From positions 10,426,581 to 10,490,580 of the forward strand of contig OZ037767.1 in the NCBI GenBank assembly GCA_964035545.1: a stretch of 64,000 nucleotides of DNA, written 5' to 3'. This document shows, piece by piece, positions 52,717 to 64,000 of this stretch. The position numbers and the translations under genes are program-made. The notes beneath the pieces are model-generated. The model made no database searches and had not been told where the DNA came from. It was given only the letters and a program-made list of their open reading frames with translations. How positions within the stretch are numbered: the first letter of the stretch is position 1; each line of letters opens with the position of its first letter. This DNA comes from Bugula neritina (taxonomy: Eukaryota > Animalia > Bryozoa).

Positions 52717-55700
52717 TTAGCCTTCAACTCCATAGTGTCCATTTATTTCCTGCTTTTCTTCAACTCTTGCAGAATTTGGTATCAAGTAATATTTTTCCAC
52801 TTCATTTAGCTTTTCTCTCTCCTTGAGCATCTTATGAGCCAATAGGCTTAAGGGCATCTTTCCTGGCTGGTAGTCAGTGGATGTCATCTTATCTTCAGGT
52901 TTTTCTTCCAAATTTGAGGTTAAAGCATCTGCTGGGCTGGTGTCACATGTTGGAGCTACTTTCTCATTTGCTGTAATAGTTACACGGCTCAACTTCACCA
53001 GTTCAAATAAAACTGCATTCATTAACATATTATAGATCTGCCATCAAAGGCAGCGAGCATGTAATGAAGGTTACAGCAGTATTACCTGCTCTACAATAAA
53101 TAGAAATATAAGCAGCTTATAAAAGCTTTAACTACTTACAGCCACATGAGCCTGTTTCAGGTGAGCCTATGAGCAGCAATTTTTCTGTCTCTTCCTGGAT
53201 AAGTTTCCAGTCAGTTTCCAGGTCCTCCTTGGTTGTTCGAGGAGACGTAATGGTGAACCTGAATAATTTGACAATCGGTTTAATCAGATAAATACAGAAA
53301 TTAGGAAAAGCCTGTGTTTTAGATAAAAATGCAGCAAAAGAAGTTATGTATTCACTAGAATTTCAACTCGAATCTAAAACCAAAATCCATAGATAAAATT
53401 AAAAATCTTAGACTATTGAAATTTCTCCATGGCTGTACCTAAATATTATGATAACCACAACAAAACTAACTTTTTCCTCATTGCAGAAAAAAAGGTTAAG
53501 GCTATTATAACAGTTATGTGAAGGTACAAACCTAATAACATAGGTATCCTTCATTAGAGCAGGGACCATGTGAACTTTGCCGGTCTTGTTTAAATTGGCG
53601 AGAAGCTTTTCAGATTTCTCATTTTCTCCTTTTAAACGAAAGACAATCAAACCCAAGTGTCTCTTAGCAGGTATTTCAAATCTGTCGTCTTTTCTTACAA
53701 GATCTTCGAAATACTTTCCAAGCGCCACATTCTAGAAACGTAGTTGTAAAGTTTTGTAACACAACAACCAACCGAGGCTGCTTTGATAGGCTTACATCTT
53801 GTGGGGGGGGGGTTATGACCGGCCTACAGGCACTGTACAACAGTAATAGTAGAAATTATAAATTATACCATGTTAAACTCTAGACCACCTAGAATGACTC
53901 AATTCCTGACCAGCTATCAGGCTATCTACCAAAATTACTTCTAATTATTAAGCTTAGTTATAATATCCAGGCTATATAACAGAACATAGCCAGCTTGACT
54001 AGGCTATTCTAATATTTTTCTAAATATAAGCAAGGCAAATGGGGAATGTATACAACACAAAGTACTCCTTCTACTGCAAGATAACACTGTTAAGTTATCT
54101 CAACTTCTAAGTCTCTGTTTTTATATAATTTACACTGTGCTGTATAAACTTTAATTTAAATGTAATAGTTTTTTCTTGTATTCTGTTCCATAGCATTGTC
54201 ACTTGATTTTTATATATCATATTTGATATGTTATTTAATTTACTGCAGGTTTAACAGTTGGATTTAGAACAATGTTGAACTAGATAAAGGTTGTTAGAAA
54301 CAAGATTGTTGGCTAAACCTATTTGGATCTGATAGATAAAAAAACAGATAAAAACTAGCCAGCAAGCGCACCTTCTCAATCTTAACAGCATAAAAAATAG
54401 AGTAGAACGGTAGCTACAAAATCTACAGTGAAACCTTAAAGCAAAACTCTGCAGTGAAACCACATGTAAATTTATGCATGTGATCCTACCCTAAATTAGT
54501 TACAGACTATTGGAGTTGTCTGTTCAGTGTATAGGAAAAGGGGATCTAGAAATCTTACGTATCTGATGTGCTCCTGCAGCCCCTCAACTCCATAACTCCT
54601 CATCACAAACCACAACTTCAATGCTCGAAACCTTCTGCTTAGAAATGGTTGCCAATTCTATATAAAACAATTGTTAATCGTTCTGTACACTGAAGAAGCA
54701 TTTGCACTAACATAAAATAAATTGAAAGCTGTTTCAGTTTTTCCTATGCAACCGCTACGACAAAACTTTATTATTTAGGTTTTCCGCTAACTAGTTTTTA
54801 TTACTCATGATACATGCAAATATTATATATTATTTATTAGAAACTGAAAAGTATGGGTGACGTTACGACATGCTCCATAAAGACCTTTTTGTTTTAGGTA
54901 TAACATGTCGAATTTTGTAGTTAGAAAAATATTTTAAAGTTGTCTCACCATGTAGTTGGTAACATTGCCATTGTTTGCATGTCTCAAGTACAATGGAGCA
55001 ACGCCAAGAGTGCTTCGCAAAGAATTGCTTCGTTTCACCCTACAAAATTTTAAATAATGCAATAGAATATCATACATGAAAAAGAATTAAATTTATATAT
55101 TTACCAAAAAAATATCATTATATAAAATATTATAGATAATATATCATTCTGTCAAGTTATATAAAGTTATATAAAGTTTATATAACTAAAATCAAGTTGA
55201 AATGAATTTTATCCATCATAACACAGTCACCAAATAATGAAAATGGTAACATTACCACAATGCTGTGCAGTCAAAGTTCACCAGAAGCCATTTGCTAGGG
55301 TTGAATACAAAGCTTTGAGCGAACTCAATCCCGGCAAGGAAGTGTCTGAACTCAGGACAAATAAATGCTGACCCAGCGTAGGCAGCGTCCACATGCAACC
55401 AGATGTTTTCTTCCTTACCTTTCAAGCATAAAGAAATTATATAGCCATGTGAAGGAAACTGCTTTTCTTGGTGTTAGAGCTGCAGGCGGTGTAGTTCTTA
55501 CTTAAAGTCGATCACTAAACTCTCTAACGTACCCAGTGTAGGATGATACCCCTTTTGATGTCTAGGATATTATTATATATTTGGGCACAGAAATCACTTG
55601 TCTAGACATCATGGAATGTATGTGTGTGTTTGTGTGTGTGTTTGTGTGTGTGTGTGTTAACACTATTAGGCCTACTACAGACTCCTGAATGAAGCGTTTA

Positions 55701-58700
55701 ATTTTTTAATTTTCAAAGTCCCAATACAGAAACAATATACTTGGGTGGATGAAACTAATTAATCTCTTAGGTCTCATCTAGGAAAGTGAAATGACCATTT
55801 GGCAATGTAATATTACACACATAATGTAATTATATATGAATACTTTCCTGGTTTATAATTATTATGTAGGCCGACATAATATAGCCTAAGTCATCACACC
55901 CAACTAATTAACAGCTATTCTTTGACTTTCAGCAATAACACTATTTGATAATTAAAACTTCTTAGTTAAATTGATTGTAGCCCAAAAATTTTCAAAGTAT
56001 ATGTGAGAATTTTCATGTAGGTGTAAATGACATTAAAGCCCAATACCCCAATGCCCTACATAGCATGGAAACTGCTTGAGGCAGCACAAAGTACAAAGGT
56101 CAGCGAGAGGAGTGGTTTAAGGAATTACGGCTCTCCTTTGGGGTTGAAGACAATGATGCTTATATAAATACAGTGTTCGATGACCCCAAAATTTATGCTG
56201 CTTTAATCGATTCCCACATAGCACCTGATTGCTGTGTGCTGGTATAACTAGTACTTACATACTGGACCCAGTTCTTCAAGTCTGTCAAATGAAGAGCAAC
56301 TTGTAGTGCCTAGGGAGGCGCACACCTATCAAATAATCATACTAATTGTGATATCAATTGATAAGATAATCAAACTCATGTATTTGACCATAATAATTAT
56401 CATTGAATAATATCCGAAGTCACGAAATTCACTCGTATTCTATACTAAAGTATTGCCTGACAACCGATTTCAACCAGTTCAAAAGATATAGTGATAGACT
56501 AAGCTCCTATTCATGATTCTTACATAGAAAGGTAAGAGGCCTTGTTCCCTGTCTTTTTTTATAACATCCTTCAAAGTTGCACCTCTCAGGCTATAGTTCT
56601 CATCAGTGGCCAAATGTCTCACCTTCACTAAACTCATCAAGCCGGCCTTCTCAATGGAAGAATGGCCCTGAAGAATATAGCCCCAAGTGTCTAAATTGTA
56701 CCGATATTACATGCTCCCAGACCAGCTACACAGTCTGTTGTTCTACTTGTAGCAAGTGCAAATTATTAAGCTAGCCAAAGTAATAAAAGCTGTTTTTATA
56801 GAATTATTGAGAACTAATATGGAATAAGTGGGATATTGAAGTGAAGTGCAGGAGTATGATCTCACCTCCTCAGAAGTGTAGGCTACCAGCCTGCTGACAA
56901 TGCTGCCGTCACTCTCATTGGCTGCTGACTTATTGCTGACTCTCTCTCGATTTATAGCTTCAGTCCTTGCGGCTAGCATAGCCACAAACGTGGCTTCACT
57001 GGCGTTGGTCTAGATTCATAGTTTTATAGGACATGTTAGTACATCGTAAGTACAGTGTATATGCAATGTATGTACAGTATATAGTATACATGTGTATACA
57101 CAGCATTTACCCAGTGTTAGTACATCATATTTATATTGTACATAAAATATGCACACCTTATGCATATTATATAGGAATTGTAAGTAAATTGTCTATTAGA
57201 ACTAAAATCAATCCAATTAATAACTAATTCAATGTTTGCCATCTGTTATAATTCAGTGGTCAATTTAAACAGAAGTATGACCACCAATAAGGAAGTAGCT
57301 GTTAGCAAAGCATAGTTGTATTTAGATCATAATTGCTATTTCTAAAAATAGAATCTGATGATGTCATACTTGCAAGACTCCGCCCCCACCCAGCAAGTCT
57401 CCTTCCATCTCGTGATGGAGGAATTCATCCGGGAGTCCAATAGCCTTTCCTAACCAATTAGTAACAATGACTTCTAGTTCAGTGCTGGCTGGGCTTGAGG
57501 CCTGTAGATACATACACTGAAGCTATTCATTTTACGCTTTGCAATCGTTCAGGCTAGTGAATATATTTTGACTAATATTCCTTACAATACTGGCTTAAAA
57601 GTTCAAAGTTTAAACTTTTCAGCCAGCTCAGTGATTAAGCTATGTGTTACAGCAGCTAAAACAGCATGGAAAAATTGTCAGCAATAATTAGTATTAATTT
57701 TATAATACAAAATTTATTATGAAACAAAAATTGTTTGAGCATACAGCTATTGAAAAGTCTGCATATGATAGCTAAGATATAGATCAAAGGTGGGCAACTT
57801 CTCTTGCATGAGGGCCAGGTTAAGATGTTCGCCAAAATGAAGGGCCACATGATGGTACACATTTTAAATTTTGTTATAAGAAATTAATTTGTCACCAAAC
57901 CTATACTGTGCTAATCAGAATGCATATAACAGTTTTTTACTCATCTTAAGCATTAAAAGGGCCACTGAAAAATGGGCAAAGGGCCACAGGTGGCTCCCAG
58001 GACCCCAGTTGCACACCCTGATATATATGAATATTATAATACTGCATAAATGATGTGTGTCTAGGGTTGATACTTGTGCATCACAGTCCTTCAAGCAGTC
58101 AAAAACAATTTGCAAATATTAGAATAATTCAGGATATACAATGAGAATAGTTAAAGCCAACTCACACCTGGGTTGATAAACTCACCCAAGTGAAGCCAAG
58201 AGCATTGATGCCATCTGCCAGCATATCTCCGAGGAGAGATGGGTAGGAGAGAGTGGCGGGGAAGTAGCCATGCATGTGCGGACTCTGCCAGTGGGTTAGC
58301 TACAGGGTCGAGTGCAAAGATAATTTAATTATATAATACGGTATAATCTGGTATGGCTATAGTACCATTTTTTAGAATAATTATGCTAAATGTACATTAA
58401 TTTAATAATATAATATTATATGATTTAGCATAATATTTTCCTATTTGAACACTAAAAGAACAAAAGTGAATTTTTCAGGTTACCATTCTAATACAATCTA
58501 AAATGAAATGTGTGTAAATGTACGATATATTTTATATTACCTACTATGTATATAACAGCTTAAATATGTGTTTTAAATGTTCTATATTCTATGTCTATAC
58601 AAGGTCTGCATCAGTATATAGACTTGTGAGAAAATTATTATTAACATTTGTGAGCAAGCTGAGTGATTAAAAGCTCATTGGTGAGTTCATATAAAGCTTG

Positions 58701-61700
58701 TTATTTTAGTAGAAGGCACACAGCATCACTCTACTGTTGGGATTCCCCAGTAGGTGGCAAGTTGGAGATCTGGGTTCGAATCCCAGTACAGGCAAAAATT
58801 TTTACATTTTAGCAAAAACCATTTTAACCTGCAGTACCTCAGCTACCTACATCAATGCTCTTGAAGCCTGCTATAGAATTTTAAATGACCAATAAATTAT
58901 AGCATATTATGTAAATAGCCCATTATATATCATGTTTTATCCAATTATACTTCTAGCATAAAATATGAAAGATGAGATTAGTAGAGTGAGATGTACATTA
59001 GTATATATAAATATAATATGTTGTCAGCATCAATTTGTGATAATTAACGAATAGCTCTCTGTTAATCAATAGTGAAGGACTGAATTGATTAACTGAACAC
59101 TTAATTCTTATATAACTCAACTCCTCAAATAACGCTAATTGCTTTCTCAGGTATCTCCTTTAAGTAGAGCAAAAAGTATAAAATATTTATAAGTTTGTTA
59201 AATTGACACTGAATGTCACGAGAACAGGTTTTAATTCTTCTTTATAAATAAAATTGATTTTTAAGCGAAGCTTATGCCCAAAACTGGGACCTTGGCTTTA
59301 TTGAAAGATGTAGATTTTTGTTCAGTTTCAATTTTTCATATGAATTATTTATTTTGTCACCAACTTTATGTGTAAGAAAACATCTGTTGTAAAATGTAGT
59401 CTAAAAAAGAAAATTACTAAAGTTTGCACTAAAATGAGAACAATTTTGGCATTCGAATTTTGGTATTGGCCTTGGTTGGTAGCAAAAATGGCAGTTTGTA
59501 ACAAAAGCTTTACGGTAAGATATGTGTTAGAATCGATCTATTATTAATATTATAAAATGCTTCACTTGCTCAATCAGTTTTTAAATGTGTATCACAGAAA
59601 TGCCTTTAGATGTCATAGTCACTGGTTTCTATGTGTCAACATCAGCACAACCAAAGTCATGCGTTCTACTAGAGACTTGTGTTCATTAAATTGTTTTTAT
59701 TATTTTATTAAACAAAGTTAAAACTTTGCTTAATAAAGTAATTAAAACAAAATGTTTCTTGTAAACCTTTTCATAATTAAATTGCTAGCCTGTAAAGATA
59801 TATTTAAATTGTTTTTCCATTTACTCACTCAGTCCTATCTTGCATAGTTGACGCTTATGTAAAAGCTATGTAGTAGTAAATTTGGCTGTTTGTACTTAAG
59901 TCACAGTAGTCAAAGCTCCACATTTTTCATGTACTATTAAACATATTTTGTTAATAGGTAATGTAATAAAAGTTTTTGTGGACAGACTACTTTTTCCACC
60001 TCTTTAGTGTACGAATCTGATGTTTTCATGAAATAAAAAGTCAGAACAGACGGAATGAACTTGGCCTGCGTGTATGTCTTGAACTGACTGAGATTGAACA
60101 GAGGGTGATATATTGGAGGCTGGCAAATTATGCAATTGTTTCAATCAACACGAATCACTATATGATCTAAACCTTCTCAAAAACTGAGTGTTCTTCAAAC
60201 TTGGTAGCCTTTTAACTCCTTATAACTTACATATAGCCACAAGTAAAGGTAGAGGTGTAAGTGCATGTGTAAGTGTAGATGTAAGTACAGGTGTAAGTGT
60301 AAGAGTACGTACAGGTGTAAATACAGACATAAGTACAGGTGTAAGTGTAGGTACATAGCAGCTTAAGGTACATGTACATGTGGTTACCAATTAAGTATTA
60401 TATTGTAAAGGTTTTATTGGTATATTTGATGAGTTACCCCAGGCATGACAACCCTCTCCACGTCTGCAATTATGTCCTCCCAACTTTCACCTTTGTGTGG
60501 AGCATCCTTGGGTATGAGCTGACTCATGTAACCAGGGGACACGTCAGGATACACCCTTCTTTCTCGTATTGTCTCCAGGTAGTTGGCTATGTACTCTACC
60601 ATCTCGCCCCCTGTGGGAACAAAAGACATTGTCACACATGGCTAGTGCGTTATTAAATAGAAATCATAATATTGTACATTTATCTACTCATATATTATGT
60701 GTTATATAATAATATGCATAGAACGTGACGTTGATGTTGTAATGTCATAGCATAATATTGGCGCAAACAATGTGTTATAAGGATTATGTTAAATTTGTAG
60801 TAATTAAGTATCATCAGTCAATTTCAATAAAGTAGAGTTAAGTTAATTATGAATAAAATAAAATTATAAAAGGCCTACAATAGTCAACAATGCTATATCT
60901 TATGATCATATGTGATATTGAGGGGTAAATAATTTTGTAAGTACGAATTGAGATTTGGAGCATAATGACAGACATCAACTCTCTTGATGCAACTCAACTA
61001 GTTCTTGTTGAAACAGGAAGATGTGGGTAAAAAATGAGAGTTTATACTGATAACATGAAATATAGTCTGTTGCCTGAAGCATGTTCTCACATTAAGCAGT
61101 TGCCAGTTGAAGAGCAGCAGATTAGACCGAGACCCACAGAATTAAACTATGATTAAATTAAGTTGTGTTCAGTGCAATCGATTTGATCTTTTATAGTTGT
61201 GCTTTCTTAAAAGCAACATATTAAGATCACCTGTCTGCAATGATGAAGGCTACACTTTTTATGTAAAAATTGGCTGTTTGTTTGAAAACATCAATAATGA
61301 ACTGAGATAATTCACGAAGAAATTGGTAATTGGCTGAAATTCGAACTGAGTTCCAGTTGAACAAACCGACTGGCTCAGACCAGTTTTCATGTTTCGAACT
61401 TGTAGACTTTACTAAAATCAAATAAACTACACGAGTTGTTTGTTCATACATTCCAGATTACATATATGTAATATATTCTATGATGCTATATATGTTAGAT
61501 AATGCTATATTTGTCTATATTGTGTTATATAGAATATACATATTCTGTACTATATATGAATGCATTCTAAGTCATAGTATATGTAGTGTTGACACCAACA
61601 TTTCCTTACATTTGTGATAATGTTTATTAGTCAATTCCAATTAAGTTATAAAACTAAGTTGCGTATAATCTATGTCATATATGCATGAACTCTACATTAA

Positions 61701-61877
61701 ATTACATGCATACGATTCAATTTGTGAGGAAGCACGTTCATGAAATTTTATGCCAACAACAATTGAATTGTTTCTAAATAATAAAATTTACAATTTTTTT
61801 GTATTAGTTTTACTTTCAAATAGCCTGAGATTTAAACAATTTTTCTTACCATATTTCTTGTACTGGAGAGAGTCCAT
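52717..61877 (-). CDS. HDC: Histidine decarboxylase-like PLP-dependent (group II) decarboxylase, ~575 aa, 13 exons
   Basis: Exons 61877-61850, 60610-60438, 58299-58186, 57501-57370, 57009-56866, 56667-56524, 56325-56259, 55418-55256, 55039-54949, 54657-54559, 53731-53532, 53258-53140, 52970-52717 (1728 nt, in frame). HDC-type motifs [22 protein letters not shown] (PLP Lys), YLRHAN.G, LSRRFR (Ser354 equivalent), [11 protein letters not shown], plus a C-terminal extension. Confidence 0.85.
59730..59808 (+). mobile_element. Diverged ~80-bp fragment of the Penelope-like element terminus
   Basis: taataaagtaattaaaacaaaatgtttcttgtaaaccttttcataattaaattgctagcctgtaaagatatattta matches 21758-21835 (ctaataaagtaataaatcaacaatgtttctcgtatacttatttataatcaaattgccagctcgtaaagatatattta). 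Confidence 0.7.
60252..60355. repeat. Degenerate 12-bp repeat (gtgtaagtacag)
   Basis: Directly visible. Confidence 0.65.
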
Positions 61878-61975
61878 AGTCACCAAAAGTGACTAGAGAT
61901 AACTTCACAAAGTAGATGTCAAAGCGAAAGAAGTAGAGACAGAAGAGTTTGCTTGGGAGGTTTAACATCACCTGT

Positions 61976-61982
61976 TTTTATA
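61976..61982 (-). promoter_or_regulatory. TATA box of the HDC-like gene
   Basis: The - strand reads CCCTATAAAAACAGG ~100 bp upstream of the ATG; CCAAT at ~62045. Confidence 0.55.
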
Positions 61983-64000
61983 GGGAGACGTAAAAACAAA
62001 ATCAATATTTTATTAGTTTGATTTAACAGCAAGAATAATCTTAACCAATGAGAATGGGGGAAAACTTGGATATATGTTTGAATTTGTCAGAAGTTGCACA
62101 AATTGTTTCCCAGTTCATAGCCTGAAACAATGACATGGTAATAAATAATACAATAAAAATATAGTCACAGTAAAACAGCAGAAAAATTAAAAAACTGCCA
62201 TTGTTTTCTCAAAATGTAAAGGAAGTATAAAGGCATAGATAGAAAGCACAATATAACATTCTGTTAGAGCAGTCATTAACCTCTGACACTTGCTACATGC
62301 TAATTGTTGATGCTTTGGGGACTGTAAAGTTGTGAACATAAATTACATAGTGTAATATGCATGCGTGACACCAGGGCATTGGCTAGTTTCAAACACTTTA
62401 GTTCATGAGCTATAATATAGTATTTCATCATATCAACTTTCCATGAAAATATTATAATGAACACATTTAAATAATATTATAAATAAATGTAGTGGCAGAG
62501 ACACGTCACCAAATAGTGGCTATTGTAAAATAATGACCCATGATGAATGATTTTCATATTGCATTTTGTGTTTCTTTTTTAATTTGTTCAATATTGGGCC
62601 AGAGAAATGTGATTTTATCTATTTTCATTATGTATGCAATATAAATATAAAAAAAGAACAAACAAAATAGAGAGGATGAGGCTTTGAGGCTTTATATATT
62701 TAACATTTTCATATAATCGATACAAAGTTTCATAGCATCATTACCTCGAATTTTTAATTTTTAGCCAAATGTTTTGCCTTGCATTGGCGAAACCATTCAC
62801 TTCTTGATTGCTGAGTTAAGCCTTACATTTGAATCATTGTACATAAAAACTTTTAATATCCATCAAGCTCTAAGCTTTTTTAAAGATAAATCAGACATAA
62901 AAATGCTTTTAGACATTCATTCTACGAGTTTCTTACCATAGCCTTTGTGCCAGTTTTAGAGCTCAATGCGCAGCCTCAACCTAGCTTCAATAGTTGGTAT
63001 AGTTGTTAAACCTGAGTCTTTAAGATTAGAAGTCAATGTCGTTTCAAAAGAATCATAAAACATTATAATGTAGCCCTTAAAAAAGCAGTTTAGCCATCTT
63101 AACTTTTAATAAGCTACTATTTGTGCATGACCGTGCATACTTAATGGTTTAAAAGTAACACTAGCATACAAACCACAAGTTAAAAACTTTTAATTTGCAC
63201 TCTTTAGTATATTTGATGTTAATGTATGAAGTTTTTGTATATATATTTCTACACTTGATTTTGCATCATTATAATTGCTGAACACTGAAATCCTTAAGCT
63301 CTTCTTATATAAAATACTTTATATTGGGTATATTTGTTATTTGTTGCCGTTTTCAGAAGGATGACCTTACATTTGGCGTCTTCATATCGATGGCCTTTAA
63401 TACCTACAAACAATGCTTAACTTTCAATTCAAATTGCAAAGAGATCCCTATTAAGATGAATTTATTTTCAGCACAACTTTTCATGCTTGAATGTATATGA
63501 ATATGAATATCTTTATAGTGGTAACATTTGAATCATTGACGGAGCAAAATTTGAAATTACTCTGTGGTTAAGATTGTTGTGAATAGCACCTGTAGCCGGG
63601 CAGTGGCCATTATGGATAGAAAAGATATTATCTTATACTGAGCTGCCTTCAGATTAAGCTTATAAGCAGAGGTATTATTTGCAAAGAAATCTATAAAACA
63701 AGAAACAGCTAAATTTGAGTATTTACGGAAGCACAACCTTAAGTTGCCTTTATACCTTCACAACCTTACAGAACTATTTAAATGCACAGTACTATGTACA
63801 CATAAAGTGGTATCCGCGATGACACATTGTATGGAAAGACTGGATTATTGGTAGCACTTAAATTTAATCTTATAATTAAAACTCTTACAAAGAAATTTAG
63901 TGATTTTGAGAATTCCCTATCACGAAAGTTATTAAGATAACTTTAAACGAGCTTTTTTTGTGGAAACATTCTTGGAGTGTGCAGGCCTTTATTGTGATAT

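Noticed and set aside
30169-61877. XDH plus HDC-like adjacency as a metabolic gene cluster
   Set aside because: They are convergent neighbours with no shared promoter or evident pathway link; adjacency alone is not evidence.

Overview
AT-rich, intron-dense animal genomic DNA. It is not prokaryotic; it is probably an invertebrate, possibly a spiralian/lophotrochozoan, but the taxon is inferred and not established. Most ORFs in the supplied track are microsatellite artefacts. Manual splicing with phase checks gives six genes: (1) the last two exons of an unidentified + strand gene (30-428); (2) a 6-coding-exon - strand gene for a ~297-aa disordered BAD-like BH3-only protein, with an RxRxxS motif next to the BH3 and a DSGxxS degron, and an upstream cluster of p53-, kB-, CCAAT-, E2F/GC- and E-box-like sites; (3) proteasome subunit beta type-4 (PSMB4/beta7); (4) a PAN/apple plus F-type-lectin-like gene; (5) a 30-exon xanthine dehydrogenase with one U12-type intron and two GC-AG introns; (6) a 13-exon histidine-decarboxylase-like gene with unusual active-site-adjacent substitutions. 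Mobile DNA includes a foldback Penelope-like element (GIY-YIG remnant) carrying two minimal hammerhead ribozymes, tRNA-derived SINEs, an RTE-tailed short element and a hairpin MITE. Many intronic tandem repeats start right at splice junctions.
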